Notes: generated by a model from the letters alone, not told the origin. DNA of 64,000 bases from an archaeon (GCA_020057405.1 JAGVFW010000003.1:128001-192000), one strand, 5' to 3'; positions 28,187 through 38,529 are shown, numbered from the stretch's first letter. A program made the numbers and translations.

Positions 28187-29916
28187 TTGTCGTAAGTGTA
28201 GCTAGTTTTCTTCTTGTAGAGGTAATACCCGCCCGCCGCTACTGCAATTAGTACGACTAGCCCGAGGATTACCAGCGGGTCTATTGAAAGACCGCCCTGT
28301 TGGGGAACGGGAGTGGCGGTAGAGGCAAGCGTGGCCTGCAGTGACGCTTCTGCTTCCTTAAGCTTGGTAATCGCGGCAGTGTAGTCGCCGCTTGAGGCCA
28401 AGCCTTCTGCAACTGAAATTATCGACTCGACGTCTGCGGTGAACAGGCGTTTTTCCTTCAGTTGGGCCAAAAGCGCCTCGACAACCTGCTTTTCGGAATC
28501 GTAGTCCTGCTTGGCTGATGGCTTGGGCGTGACTGAAGCTTGGGGGGTTGCGTTCAGTGAGGGGGTGGGTGTTGGCGTTACTGAAGGCCGGGGGGTGGGG
28601 GTCGGGATTGGCGTCGGGGCGGGCGTGGGGGATGGCGTGACGGATGGTGCCCCGCCGCTTGTCGGACCGTAGACCGTGCGCTTTGCGGTTTTGTTCATGT
28701 TGCCGGCGGAATCGCTGGCGTAGACTGCGAATGAGGCGCTTCCTGCAGTGGCGATTGTCTTGTTGGTGATGAAATAGGGGCTGCCGGCGGGGAGGTTCTG
28801 GAGTTCGGCAGTGTAGTTGATGCCGTTAAGCTCGAGTGTGACGGTGCTGCGGAATGCGTCTGAGATGCTGGTGTTGATTACTAGAGTCGTTGTCGCAAGC
28901 GTGGTGCCGTCAGCCGGCGTTTCTTGCGTGAAGGCGACGCGGGGGGCTTTTGAGTCGGTGATTAGTGAGTAATTGGTTGGAGCAAAAGCGCAGCCTGTTG
29001 CGGTGCAGGCAAGCGCGTTCCAGACGACGAGGGCTTCTGAAGGCGGGCTTGTGACTGAGACTGTGTGCGTTGAGCCCGCAAGCGTGGCATTCGAGGTCGT
29101 TGCCGCCCAGGTGCCCGAAAAGTTCGAGTAGAGCGTGAAGTTTACGGCGTTTGCTGCAGTGATTGTGAAAAGTATGGCCTGGCTTGGAGTCGAAGCGCCG
29201 CTTGAGGGGCTGACGAGTGAGACGCTAGGCAGTTCGGCAACGGTGATGAAAATGCCGGAATAGTTTGCGCAGTTGCCGGCAACGTCGCACAATTGGTGCA
29301 CCAGGTCGTAGGTGCCTGAGGGGAGGGAAGCGAAGCCAGTGCTGACTGCAGAGCCGTTTGAGACGCTGGAGTTTGCAGCGCGGGCCATTGCCGAGCCGTT
29401 TGAGTGGACTGCGAACACGGTTGTTGCCGAAACGCCGGAGAGGGCGTCGCCGGGAGTGAAGGTGACTGAAAAGCCGCCCGCCGCATTTGAGTTGTTTGAA
29501 GGTGCGGTTGAGGCGAAGTAGTTTGGCGCAGTCGAGTCTATTGTGAGGGTGTTGTTGGATGCTGCAAACGCGCTTGAGTCGTTGGTCGAGACGTTTGCGT
29601 TCCACAGAAAAGTGCCTTCAGGCATGTTGACTGAAATCGAGCTTGCGGTGAGGTCGGAAAGCGGGGAGGAGTTGGTTGAGTTGGCGGCCCAAGCTATTGC
29701 CGGAATGCCTGGGGCGAGGGAGGAGGTGTTGGTGAAGTATAGTTCTGCAGTCCAGAAGCTGCAGCATGGGTCGGCCTCGTCGGGAGTGAAGGAAAACGAC
29801 ACTGCCGAAGTTGCCTGCACCGCGCCGTTTGAAGGAGAAGACAAGCTTACGGTGACGGGGGATGCGAAAACAAGTGTTGCGAGCAGAAGGAACGCGGCGA
29901 CAAAAGAGAACCTCAA
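28183..29916 (-). CDS. Cell-surface glycoprotein, Ig-like domains, C-terminal TM anchor
   Basis: Probable TTG start 29916 (MRFSFVAAFLLLATLVFA signal peptide); many N-x-S/T; one LCDVAGNCANY repeat; PT linker; TM + KKK. Confidence 0.85.
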   Translation of the reverse strand: MRFSFVAAFLLLATLVFASPVTVSLSSPSNGAVQATSAVSFSFTPDEADPCCSFWTAELYFTNTSSLAPGIPAIAWAANSTNSSPLSDLTASSISVNMPEGTFLWNANVSTNDSSAFAASNNTLTIDSTAPNYFASTAPSNNSNAAGGFSVTFTPGDALSGVSATTVFAVHSNGSAMARAANSSVSNGSAVSTGFASLPSGTYDLVHQLCDVAGNCANYSGIFITVAELPSVSLVSPSSGASTPSQAILFTITAANAVNFTLYSNFSGTWAATTSNATLAGSTHTVSVTSPPSEALVVWNALACTATGCAFAPTNYSLITDSKAPRVAFTQETPADGTTLATTTLVINTSISDAFRSTVTLELNGINYTAELQNLPAGSPYFITNKTIATAGSASFAVYASDSAGNMNKTAKRTVYGPTSGGAPSVTPSPTPAPTPIPTPTPRPSVTPTPTPSLNATPQASVTPKPSAKQDYDSEKQVVEALLAQLKEKRLFTADVESIISVAEGLASSGDYTAAITKLKEAEASLQATLASTATPVPQQGGLSIDPLVILGLVVLIAVAAGGYYLYKKKTSYTYDN

Positions 29917-29994
29917 GACAACCAACTCCACCAGATGCTGAAACAAGAACGAAGAGTAACAATCTCGCAAGGTAATATAATTGTTTTGCAATCG

Positions 29995-30600
29995 TCAGGC
30001 AATCTGGCGTGCCAGGTCGTCGAAACCGCGGCGCTCTATTGCGCTTGCGAAAACGACCGACTCGGGCTTGTCGCGGCTGGGCGCGAACAAGTTTGACTTT
30101 GCGCGCTTGACGGACTCGGCCTTGTTTAGAACAGGCACTACTGGCTTTTCGCACGCGCTTGAAAGCAGCGCGCACGTTTTTTCGAAAAGCGCGTAGTCGC
30201 TTGCGCGGGAGGCGTCGGCGACGTAGACTACTTTGTCGGCGTGCTCAAGCACGCTTTTGCCTGCGGCGAAGAGTAGGGAATCTAGGGGCGCGCGCAAGTC
30301 GAGGAGAGTCACTTCAGTGCCGGCATCGCGCAGTTCGCGCCAGACGCGTTTATCCTCAATTGCCTCAAGCAGCGCAAGTTCGCACGCGCGTTCCTGGTTG
30401 CCGCCGGCCTTTTTTGAAAATGCTTTTGCGGGAAAATGCTTGCGGATGTCGAAGTCGGGAGAGTAGGGCGGGCGCTTTGCCGCGGGGTCGAAGTTGGCGA
30501 TTGCGCAGCTAATTCCGCGCTTTTGCAAAAACTTGCTAAAGGAAAAGCACAGCGAGCTCTTGCCCGAACCGCTCTGGCCGCAGACTGCAATCACGCGCAT
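29995..30600 (-). CDS. GPN-loop-family-like GTPase, degenerate
   Basis: GQSGSGKSS, NFDPAAKRPPYSPDFDIR, NKAE, SAIE; the GPN and DTPG motifs are replaced. Confidence 0.7.
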   Translation of the reverse strand: MRVIAVCGQSGSGKSSLCFSFSKFLQKRGISCAIANFDPAAKRPPYSPDFDIRKHFPAKAFSKKAGGNQERACELALLEAIEDKRVWRELRDAGTEVTLLDLRAPLDSLLFAAGKSVLEHADKVVYVADASRASDYALFEKTCALLSSACEKPVVPVLNKAESVKRAKSNLFAPSRDKPESVVFASAIERRGFDDLARQIA

Positions 30601-30627
30601 GGTTTCAACACCAAATCACTCGAATAC

Positions 30628-30635
30628 ATTTAAAT
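30628..30635. promoter_or_regulatory. Palindromic TATA box ATTTAAAT between divergent genes
   Basis: About 28 bp from the GTPase ATG (30600) and 39 bp from the glycoprotein ATG (30674). Confidence 0.55.
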
Positions 30636-30673
30636 ATCCGGGTTGATTAGTGTTTGCAGTGGTTCTATTGGGG

Positions 30674-33600
30674 ATGCGTTCTGGCAAAGCTACTTTATTT
30701 TTCATAGGTATTCTGTTCGTCGCGTCGGTTGCCTTCGCAACCCAATTGAATGTCCTGCTAGTCTTTCCGGCTAACAACACTAACGCAAGCGCCACTACGG
30801 TGAACTTCGTGTTCACTCCAATTAACCAGAACTCGACTTTAGGGGAGGGATTGGAAAACTTTTCTGGCGCCACAGTATGGATAACCAACACCACGGCGCT
30901 GCCTGTAGGCGTCAGCGGCCTCGTCTGGGGAGTTGCTAACAACACGAACGCTTCGGACTTGCAGAACGCAACCCAGGCGACGATAACTGCCGGGCTCTAC
31001 CAGGGCCGCTATTCTTGGAACATCAACGTTTCCACAAACGCCACTTCCAACTTTTCGCAAGCCAACTATACGTTCACCATTGACAACACCGCGCCGGGTT
31101 ACTTTGCCTCAATCCTGCCGCTAAACGGATCCAACCAATCAAGCACGGCAGTAGACATCAGCTTTGTGCCCGGAGATGGGTTTACAGGCGTTGCGAACAC
31201 CACAGTTTGGGCAACTTCAACGGGCCCGCAGACAGCAAGCTTTTCAAACACCACCTGGATTTTGAACGGCACGCCCGTGACCGGCGGTCTTGTCGGTTTG
31301 GCTGCCGGCAGGTACAACCTCACCTACCAGCTTTGCGACTTTGCCAACAACTGCGCCAACTTCACCGGAGTCTTCTTCACAATAGACAACGTCAACCCCG
31401 GCTACTTCGTTTCCGTCAGCCCGACGAACAACACCAACCAGTCAAGCCCGTTCGTCAACGTAAGCTTCGTACCCGGCGACGCCTTCACTGGCGTCACAAA
31501 CACTACCGTGTGGGCGCGTTCGGCGGGTTTTGGCGCGCACTTCACCAACACCTCAGTCACCAACGGCACTCAAGTCACCGGCGGTTTCGCAGGCCTGACT
31601 AACGACGCCTACAACCTTACTTACCAATTGTGCGACTGGGCGAACAGCTGCGCCAACTTCACCGGCGTGTTCGTCATTGTCGACAACACCAACCCCACCT
31701 ATTTGCCAATCAGCCCGACAAACAACAGCAACCAGTCCGCCAATTCCATTAACGTAAGCTTTGTTCCATTCGACGGGCTCGCCGGAGTAGCAAACACGAC
31801 GGTTTGGCTGCGCAACACTACAGGCTTCGATCGTCACTTCACCAACACGAGCATTGCCAACGCGACGCTCGTGAGCGGCGGGTTCTTGCCGTTGTCTGAA
31901 AGCGTTTACAACTTCACTTACCAGTTGTGCGACTGGCCGGGCAACTGCGCAAACTACACGGGCGTATTCACAACTATCGACTTTACTAACCCCGGCTACT
32001 TCGTGCCAGTCACGCCCGCGAACAACACCAACCAGTCAAGCGCCTTCGTCAACGTCAGCTTCGTGCCAGGGGACGCGCTCACCGGAGTCGCTAACACCAC
32101 AGTCTGGGCAAACAGCAGCGTGACGGGAATTACACGCCACTTCACCAACACGACTGTAACCAACGGCACGCTCGTCACAGGCGGGTTCGCGGGGCTGGGG
32201 GCAGCCACCTACAACTTTACTTACCAATTGTGCGACTGGGCGAACAACTGCGCAAACTACACTGACACAGTAGTTACGGTCTTAGGCGACGTTTCGCCGC
32301 CCGGCTACTTCGTCTCAGTCAAGCCGTCCGGCTATCAGGCTTCCACTTTCGTCAACGTCAGCTTCGTGCCCGGCGATGCGTTTACGGGAGTGACCAACAC
32401 TACGGTGTGGCTCGGTTTTGTGGCAAACGCGACGATATTCCGCAACTTTGACAACACTAGTGTCGTCAACGGTACGCTCGTAAACGGCGGTTTTGTCGGC
32501 GTCGGCACCGGCAACTATAGCCTGACTTACCAATTGTGTGACACTACCGGCAACTGCGCGAACTTCACCGGCGGCTCCAACGTTACTGTTGACACCAGCG
32601 CGCCGAACTACATCGTAGTCGATGCGCCAGTCAACAACAGCAACCAGTCGGCAACAGGCATTGGCTTCTACTTCACGACCGGTGACGCGTTTACTGGAGT
32701 GGACAACGTCACGGCATGGCTGTTCAACGCGACCGACACAGTTTATATCTCTACATCCTTAGCTTCCGGCGGCAACCTCAACAACACACCCTACGCTTCG
32801 AGCTTCCCAAGCGTGGGCGCGGGCCCATACAACATTACTTTCCGGTCCTGCGACTTTGCCAACAACTGCGCGAACTTGTCCACCTCGTTTGTCACAGTTG
32901 ACCCGCAGCCGCCCGGCTACTTCGTATCCATTAGCCCCACCAACAACAGCAACCAGTATGTCGGCTTCGTCAACGTAAGCTTCGTGCCAGGCGATGCACT
33001 AACCGGCGCGGCCAACACAACCGTATGGCTGCGTAACTCAACCGGCGCGTTTACCTCCAGCTTTACCAACTCAACAGTCACCAACGGCACTCAAGTCACC
33101 GGCGGTTTCGCGGGCCTGACTAACGGCGCCTACAATCTCACTTACCAGCTTTGCGACCTCGCAAACACCTGCGCCAACTTCACAGGCGTGTTCTTCACAG
33201 TCGACACCCAAGCGCCCGGCTACTTTGTCTCAGTCAAGCCATCAGGCTACCAGGCCTCCACTTTCGTCAACGTCAGCTTCGTGCCGGGAGACGCGCTAAC
33301 CGGCGTGGCCAACACCACGGTGTGGCTCGGCTTTGTGGCAAACGCGACAATCTTCAGAAGCTTTACCAACACTAGCGTTGTCAACGGCACTCTCTTGACG
33401 GGCGGTTTTGCCGCAGTTGGCACCGGCAACTATAGCCTGACTTACCAATTGTGCGACGCGGTCGGAAATTGCGCCAACATCACCGGCGGCTCCAACGTCA
33501 CAGTCGACACTGACGCGCCCAACTACGTCGTGGTCTCTGCGCCGGTCAACAACAGCAACCAGTCGAATATTACTATTAATTTCAATTACGTTGCCGGCGA

Positions 33601-36600
33601 TGCGTTTACGGGAATAGACAACCTCTCCAATTATCTTCGCAATGAATCAGGCGTCATAGCCTTCAGCGGGGCTTCTTCCTCGGGCGGCAACGCCAACAAC
33701 ACGCCCACAATTGGCTACTTTGAGAACTTGGCTGCAGGCAGGTACAATCTTACTTTCGGGGCCTGCGACTTTGCCGGCAACTGCGCAAACCTGACAACCT
33801 CGTTTGTCACAGTTGACCCGCAGCCGCCCAACTATTTCGTCTCAGTACTGCCGGGGCAGAACCACCGCAACCAGACTGCTTCGTTCATCAACGTGACTTT
33901 CGTGCCAGGCGATGCGCTTAGCATGATGGCGAACACCACGGTTTGGCTTGGCTTAACCAACGGCACGCTCCTTGGCCACTACACCAACGCAAGTGTGGAG
34001 AACGGCACGACGGTCGTAGGCGGGTTTGTTGGTTTGCCTGAAGGAAATTATCTCGTAACGCACCAATTGTGCGACCTCGCAAACAACTGCGCCAACTACT
34101 CAACGGCAGTCACAATAGACAACAGCGGGCCTGCGGGATTGTGGAGCAACCTGACCGGCCAGGGCGCCCAGCTGCAGATGATGCTTGGGCAAAACGGCGC
34201 GACTTTCACGCAATTCGTTGGGCTAAGGCGGGCAAAGCCGGTTGTCAACAACGCGACATTCATGGTCGCGCTCACTGATGCCGGGAGTGGAGTCCAGACC
34301 GTGACGGTTTCAAACGGCACGCCGGCGAGGACTGGTTTTGCGGGCCTCACGGTGGCCGCGGTTCTGCACTCGCGAACGGCAAGCGGGTCGGTATGGAACG
34401 CAACCTTAAACGTTAGCAACTTCAGCGAAGGATTCCAGAACTTCACGCTCACCGCAACTGACTTTGCGAGCAATTCGCAGTCGATGAACTTAAGCGGCAA
34501 TGGGGCGGGCGGTCTTTTCGAGACGAACTACGACTTTATGGCCGAAGCGGGCGTTCCGGGCTTGGGCGCGTTTTACGTGGACAACTACCCCACAGTCCAG
34601 GGCATCGTGTTCAGCACGCTTACTTCGAGTGCGCTTAACGGGTCGAACATCGCCACAGACGGCTATGCGGTAAACATCACGGTTCAGGAAAACGCATTCG
34701 GCCAGCCGCCGTCGTACGCGCAGTCGTTTACGGTCAACAGCCAAGGCGAGTTCTTCATCGACGTGATTGACGAACGGGCGCGCGCGAATGCCAACTCATT
34801 CGGCCAGGGCGGCCAGCCCCCGACGCTCTATAACTATATAGTACGCGTAAAGGGCCTCAACAACCAAGTGAGTTTTGCCTCGCCCAACCTGCCGCCAATG
34901 CCAATTGGCGTTCCCGGCATGGGCATTCCCGGCATGCCGGTCAGCGGAAGGAACTTGTACGTCGTGCCTGCAGAAACGCTTAACATCGCGGCGTCAAACG
35001 GCACGCACTGCACTTCGTTCTATGGAATGATTCTCGACCAGCGCAGCGGCATTCCTTACGCTTTCTTCGACAACCGCAGCGCATATACGCCAACGCCGTG
35101 CCAGTTCGTCGAGGCAATAGTGCCGGCAAACCGCAACTTCACCATCACGCTTGGCAACGAAGCCCAGGGCGGCGGCTATAGCTTCCCGGCAAGGACGGTT
35201 GCAGTCACGACCGAGAACATCAGCACCACAAACGCACAGCTTGGCCAGTATAACGGTAGCAATCTCACCGTGACAATCAACACGAGCTTCATCATCATCG
35301 AATCGGCAGGCAACTGGAGCGTGAACAATGGCACGCTGTCGTCACCGGCTGCAAGCAACTTGAGCAACGTTCAAGTCAACTACACGCGCTTCCAGATTCA
35401 GATGGTCGCCGGCCCAAGCGGATTTATCCCGCCTGCAGTGCCCATGCTCAAGCTAAACGCTGTCGAAACCAACGCAAGCGGCGGATGGAACACGAGCCTT
35501 CCGAGCGGCTCGCCTTACCTAGCGTCCGTCTTCGGCCACAGCGGGCCGACTGATTCAACCGGCAATTACTTCATGGGCTTCGTAGTCGTGCCCGGCCCGA
35601 CGTTTAACGACAATCTCGCCACTGCAGTCAACCAGAGCATCACGCTCTACCGCATGGCGGGCGTTTTCCGGGGAACTTCCGCAAGCGACCCGTTCGGGTT
35701 CAACACGAGCAAGACGCGCATCCAATTCGTTGACGATAATGGCACGCTGATTACGCAAAACCAACAGGGCCAGCAGGCCAATGACATCAACGTCGAGGTT
35801 GAGACCAACTACAGCGGCGTTCAAATGAGGCGGCAGTACCGCACGCAAGGACAGGCGTCGGTCGACGTGCCGCTGCTTGCAGGCGAGCCGGTGAAAATAA
35901 AGGTGTTTGCAGGCGGGTTCATGCCCATCCAGCGGCTCTTTTCAGGCACGCTTGTCACTGCCAACGACACGCTTAACGTCACGCTGCAAAAGCCCTCGAT
36001 GAGGCCGCCGCGCAATGGCGGGCAGGAGAACAGCTCGTTTATTAGCGGGGTGCAAATCGAGTTCGTCACTTACAACTCCACCTGCAATCGGCCCTCGCCG
36101 CCCAACTCATGCTACCTCTCGAACATAAACTCGAACTTCCGCGTCGAGGGCGGCAGCGCACAACAGTTTGACTCACAGAATTTCGTCATGGGCGGCACGC
36201 AGAACATCCTCATCAAGGACAACAACACGAACACTAGCGTACTCATCATCGGCCTGTCGATGGACCAGAGCAGCATTCCAAACATGGAGTTCGACACCAA
36301 CCCAATCCAGCAATCCCAGAACGGAAGCGCGCAGGTAAGGCGGTTCGGCAGCCTCGTCCCAAGCAACTCCATCGAGTCAGCATGGCTGGCAACGCCCTAC
36401 AACGCAAGCGCAATCAACGAGAGCCTGAACTTCAGCATCGACATCCCCTACCTTTACGACGATGACGGGAACCTCGCGTGGAACGTAAGCGCTAACACGA
36501 GTTCGCAAGTACCATCGCAATACCAGGACTATTCGGCCTATTACCCGGGCATTGCGACCAACGCCAGCTACCTCAAAGGCATCCAGTGCTTTGCGCTTAA

Positions 36601-37243
36601 CGACACTAACATTGCAAACACTTCGCGCAAGTGCCTGGTCGACACCACGCTCAACCTCATTTGGCTGCAAGTGCCGCACTTCTCCACAATAGGCGCCCAG
36701 GGTGCGGGCCAGCCGGTTACAACCGCATCAAGCAGCAGCTCGAGCAGCTCCTCAAGCTCCAACAACGGAGGCACGTACGGAGGTTACGTCGGCAGCTCAA
36801 CGCCGACGCCCGAAGCGCCGGCTGCAACACCGACGCCGGCAACTCAGGCAACGCCAGAACCGACTACTGTCGAACCGGACGTTACTCCAACACCAGCTGC
36901 AGGCACCGGAATCGACGCCGGCAAGGCCATCATGCAAGCCAATTCTCTCTTCCGACAAGCGAAAGATGCCGGAGTCTCACAGGCCACTCTTGCCGAGGCC
37001 ACGCGCCTGTTGACACTGGCGCAGCAGCTGCTTGCTGCAGGCGATGAAGCTGGCGCTGCTGCAAAGGCAAAGGAAGCGGCGGACGTGCTTACTGCGGCGA
37101 TGGCAGTGCGGCCGACGAGCCAGCCGCCTCAAGCGGCCGGCGGCATTGGAGGAGCTTGGGTCGAAATTGCGCTCATTCTCGCAGTGCTAATCGGCGCTGC
37201 GGTTATCCTCTCTACTGTGCGGAAGAACAAGCGCGGGCGCTAG
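30674..37243 (+). CDS. Large cell-surface glycoprotein (~2190 aa) with 10 tandem Ig-like repeats
   Basis: Signal peptide MRSGKATLFFIG...; ten CDxxxxCAN repeats; very dense N-x-S/T; VPHFS; poly-S and PT linker; TM + RKNKRGR. Confidence 0.92.
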   Translation: MRSGKATLFFIGILFVASVAFATQLNVLLVFPANNTNASATTVNFVFTPINQNSTLGEGLENFSGATVWITNTTALPVGVSGLVWGVANNTNASDLQNATQATITAGLYQGRYSWNINVSTNATSNFSQANYTFTIDNTAPGYFASILPLNGSNQSSTAVDISFVPGDGFTGVANTTVWATSTGPQTASFSNTTWILNGTPVTGGLVGLAAGRYNLTYQLCDFANNCANFTGVFFTIDNVNPGYFVSVSPTNNTNQSSPFVNVSFVPGDAFTGVTNTTVWARSAGFGAHFTNTSVTNGTQVTGGFAGLTNDAYNLTYQLCDWANSCANFTGVFVIVDNTNPTYLPISPTNNSNQSANSINVSFVPFDGLAGVANTTVWLRNTTGFDRHFTNTSIANATLVSGGFLPLSESVYNFTYQLCDWPGNCANYTGVFTTIDFTNPGYFVPVTPANNTNQSSAFVNVSFVPGDALTGVANTTVWANSSVTGITRHFTNTTVTNGTLVTGGFAGLGAATYNFTYQLCDWANNCANYTDTVVTVLGDVSPPGYFVSVKPSGYQASTFVNVSFVPGDAFTGVTNTTVWLGFVANATIFRNFDNTSVVNGTLVNGGFVGVGTGNYSLTYQLCDTTGNCANFTGGSNVTVDTSAPNYIVVDAPVNNSNQSATGIGFYFTTGDAFTGVDNVTAWLFNATDTVYISTSLASGGNLNNTPYASSFPSVGAGPYNITFRSCDFANNCANLSTSFVTVDPQPPGYFVSISPTNNSNQYVGFVNVSFVPGDALTGAANTTVWLRNSTGAFTSSFTNSTVTNGTQVTGGFAGLTNGAYNLTYQLCDLANTCANFTGVFFTVDTQAPGYFVSVKPSGYQASTFVNVSFVPGDALTGVANTTVWLGFVANATIFRSFTNTSVVNGTLLTGGFAAVGTGNYSLTYQLCDAVGNCANITGGSNVTVDTDAPNYVVVSAPVNNSNQSNITINFNYVAGDAFTGIDNLSNYLRNESGVIAFSGASSSGGNANNTPTIGYFENLAAGRYNLTFGACDFAGNCANLTTSFVTVDPQPPNYFVSVLPGQNHRNQTASFINVTFVPGDALSMMANTTVWLGLTNGTLLGHYTNASVENGTTVVGGFVGLPEGNYLVTHQLCDLANNCANYSTAVTIDNSGPAGLWSNLTGQGAQLQMMLGQNGATFTQFVGLRRAKPVVNNATFMVALTDAGSGVQTVTVSNGTPARTGFAGLTVAAVLHSRTASGSVWNATLNVSNFSEGFQNFTLTATDFASNSQSMNLSGNGAGGLFETNYDFMAEAGVPGLGAFYVDNYPTVQGIVFSTLTSSALNGSNIATDGYAVNITVQENAFGQPPSYAQSFTVNSQGEFFIDVIDERARANANSFGQGGQPPTLYNYIVRVKGLNNQVSFASPNLPPMPIGVPGMGIPGMPVSGRNLYVVPAETLNIAASNGTHCTSFYGMILDQRSGIPYAFFDNRSAYTPTPCQFVEAIVPANRNFTITLGNEAQGGGYSFPARTVAVTTENISTTNAQLGQYNGSNLTVTINTSFIIIESAGNWSVNNGTLSSPAASNLSNVQVNYTRFQIQMVAGPSGFIPPAVPMLKLNAVETNASGGWNTSLPSGSPYLASVFGHSGPTDSTGNYFMGFVVVPGPTFNDNLATAVNQSITLYRMAGVFRGTSASDPFGFNTSKTRIQFVDDNGTLITQNQQGQQANDINVEVETNYSGVQMRRQYRTQGQASVDVPLLAGEPVKIKVFAGGFMPIQRLFSGTLVTANDTLNVTLQKPSMRPPRNGGQENSSFISGVQIEFVTYNSTCNRPSPPNSCYLSNINSNFRVEGGSAQQFDSQNFVMGGTQNILIKDNNTNTSVLIIGLSMDQSSIPNMEFDTNPIQQSQNGSAQVRRFGSLVPSNSIESAWLATPYNASAINESLNFSIDIPYLYDDDGNLAWNVSANTSSQVPSQYQDYSAYYPGIATNASYLKGIQCFALNDTNIANTSRKCLVDTTLNLIWLQVPHFSTIGAQGAGQPVTTASSSSSSSSSSSNNGGTYGGYVGSSTPTPEAPAATPTPATQATPEPTTVEPDVTPTPAAGTGIDAGKAIMQANSLFRQAKDAGVSQATLAEATRLLTLAQQLLAAGDEAGAAAKAKEAADVLTAAMAVRPTSQPPQAAGGIGGAWVEIALILAVLIGAAVILSTVRKNKRGR
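31080..34130 (+). repeat. Ten ~300-bp coding tandem repeats with a 915-bp higher-order duplication
   Basis: CCGGCTACTT..GTCTCAGTCAAGCC at 32301 and 33216; GTCACAGTTGACCCGCAGCCGCCC at 32891 and 33806. Confidence 0.9.
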
Positions 37244-37281
37244 AAAAGAGTTAAATGGCCGAACGCTGTTGCTAAATCCCT

Positions 37282-37824
37282 ATGGACGAAGAGCGCGTGC
37301 TTGAGCGGATGGCCGGGGGGCTAAAGAAGGCTAATGTACCCCAGTTGCGCGCGCTTGGGTCGGAACTGGCCGAAGAATCTTTCCTCACAGGCTCGCCCCG
37401 GCTAGTTGAACTGGCTGCAGTAAGCTATTCGCTTGGCAAATTCCTCGAAAAGCACTACATCACCGGGAGCAAGCGCTGGAAGGCATTTGAAAAGCAGTCG
37501 GGCGAGCGGCTTGCTGAAGCGGCAAAAGCGGTCCGCGCCGGCAGGGAAGAGGACGCCGAGCGCGCGATTGACTCCGTCGTCGAGGACATCACCGAATTTA
37601 GCGAGTCGATGGGCCGCTTCCAGGTGGATGTGGTGACTAAAGCGCGCGTCAAGATTGCCACCGACGCGTATGCCCACGGCGCGTCCCTTGGCCGGGCCTG
37701 TGCCTTGGCGGGAGTCAACAAGGCGCTCGTGCTAAACTACATCGGCGTCACTACGCTTTCCGACAAGTACGAGACTCTAAGCGTGCGGGAGCGGCTTGCA
37801 AGCGCCAGGAAGGTTTTCGGATGA
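37282..37824 (+). CDS. Helical protein with C-terminal UPF0175-like HTH
   Basis: HGASLGRACALAGVNKALVLNYIG; stop overlaps the start of the PIN gene (ATGA). Confidence 0.65.
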   Translation: MDEERVLERMAGGLKKANVPQLRALGSELAEESFLTGSPRLVELAAVSYSLGKFLEKHYITGSKRWKAFEKQSGERLAEAAKAVRAGREEDAERAIDSVVEDITEFSESMGRFQVDVVTKARVKIATDAYAHGASLGRACALAGVNKALVLNYIGVTTLSDKYETLSVRERLASARKVFG

Positions 37825-38492
37825 CTGCGACCATCGTGTTTGACTCATCGACGCTCATCAGCTTCAGCGAGTCCTGCCTCGTAGGCAGCCTGCCGTTTTT
37901 GAAGGAAAAGACTGGCGCGCGGTTCCTAATCACACCCGAAGTGCGAAACGAGATTGTCAGCCGGCCCCTGCACGTCTCGCAGCACGCCTTTAGCGCCCTT
38001 AGGCTGCGCAAGCTCCTTGACGACGGCGTTTTAGAAGTGGCCGAGCCGCCAGAGGGCCTGGCGCGCGAGCTTCTCTCAATTGCCAATAGCCTCTTCATCA
38101 TTCGCGGCGGGCCTGTTGAGATACTGCAGGCGGGCGAGGCCGAGTGCGTCGCGCTCTTGGCGGCAAAAGGAGCGGGTGCGATTGCGGTTGACGAAAAAAC
38201 GACGAGGCTTTTGCTTGAGGACCCCAACTTAATGCTTGACAAGATACGAATGGAGTTCCGCTCGAAAGTCGAGATAAACGGCGAGCGGCTTAGGGAGTGG
38301 CGAAAAACGGCTGGCGCCGCGACGGTGCTGCGCTCAAGCGAGCTGCTTGCAATCGCCGCTGAGAAGGGGTACTTCAAGGACTTCGGCAAATCGGAGGGCG
38401 AGGTGCTTCACGCCGCGCTCTTCTCGCTTCGCTCGGCTGGCTGCTCGCTTACGGGAAGGGAACTCGGCGAGTACTCGCAAGTTCGGATTTAA
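37821..38492 (+). CDS. PIN-domain protein (DUF3368-like)
   Basis: IVFDSSTLI, ITPEVRNEI, QAGEAECVAL, AVDEKTTR. Confidence 0.75.
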   Translation: MTATIVFDSSTLISFSESCLVGSLPFLKEKTGARFLITPEVRNEIVSRPLHVSQHAFSALRLRKLLDDGVLEVAEPPEGLARELLSIANSLFIIRGGPVEILQAGEAECVALLAAKGAGAIAVDEKTTRLLLEDPNLMLDKIRMEFRSKVEINGERLREWRKTAGAATVLRSSELLAIAAEKGYFKDFGKSEGEVLHAALFSLRSAGCSLTGRELGEYSQVRI

Positions 38493-38529
38493 ATCGCTTT
38501 CCCGACACAATTACTTCGCAACTCCTTTA

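Noticed and set aside
31080-34130. Possible CRISPR array or DGR template/variable repeats
   Set aside because: The repeats are ~300-bp in-frame coding units without spacers, differences are not adenine-specific by eye, and no cas or reverse transcriptase gene is in the window.
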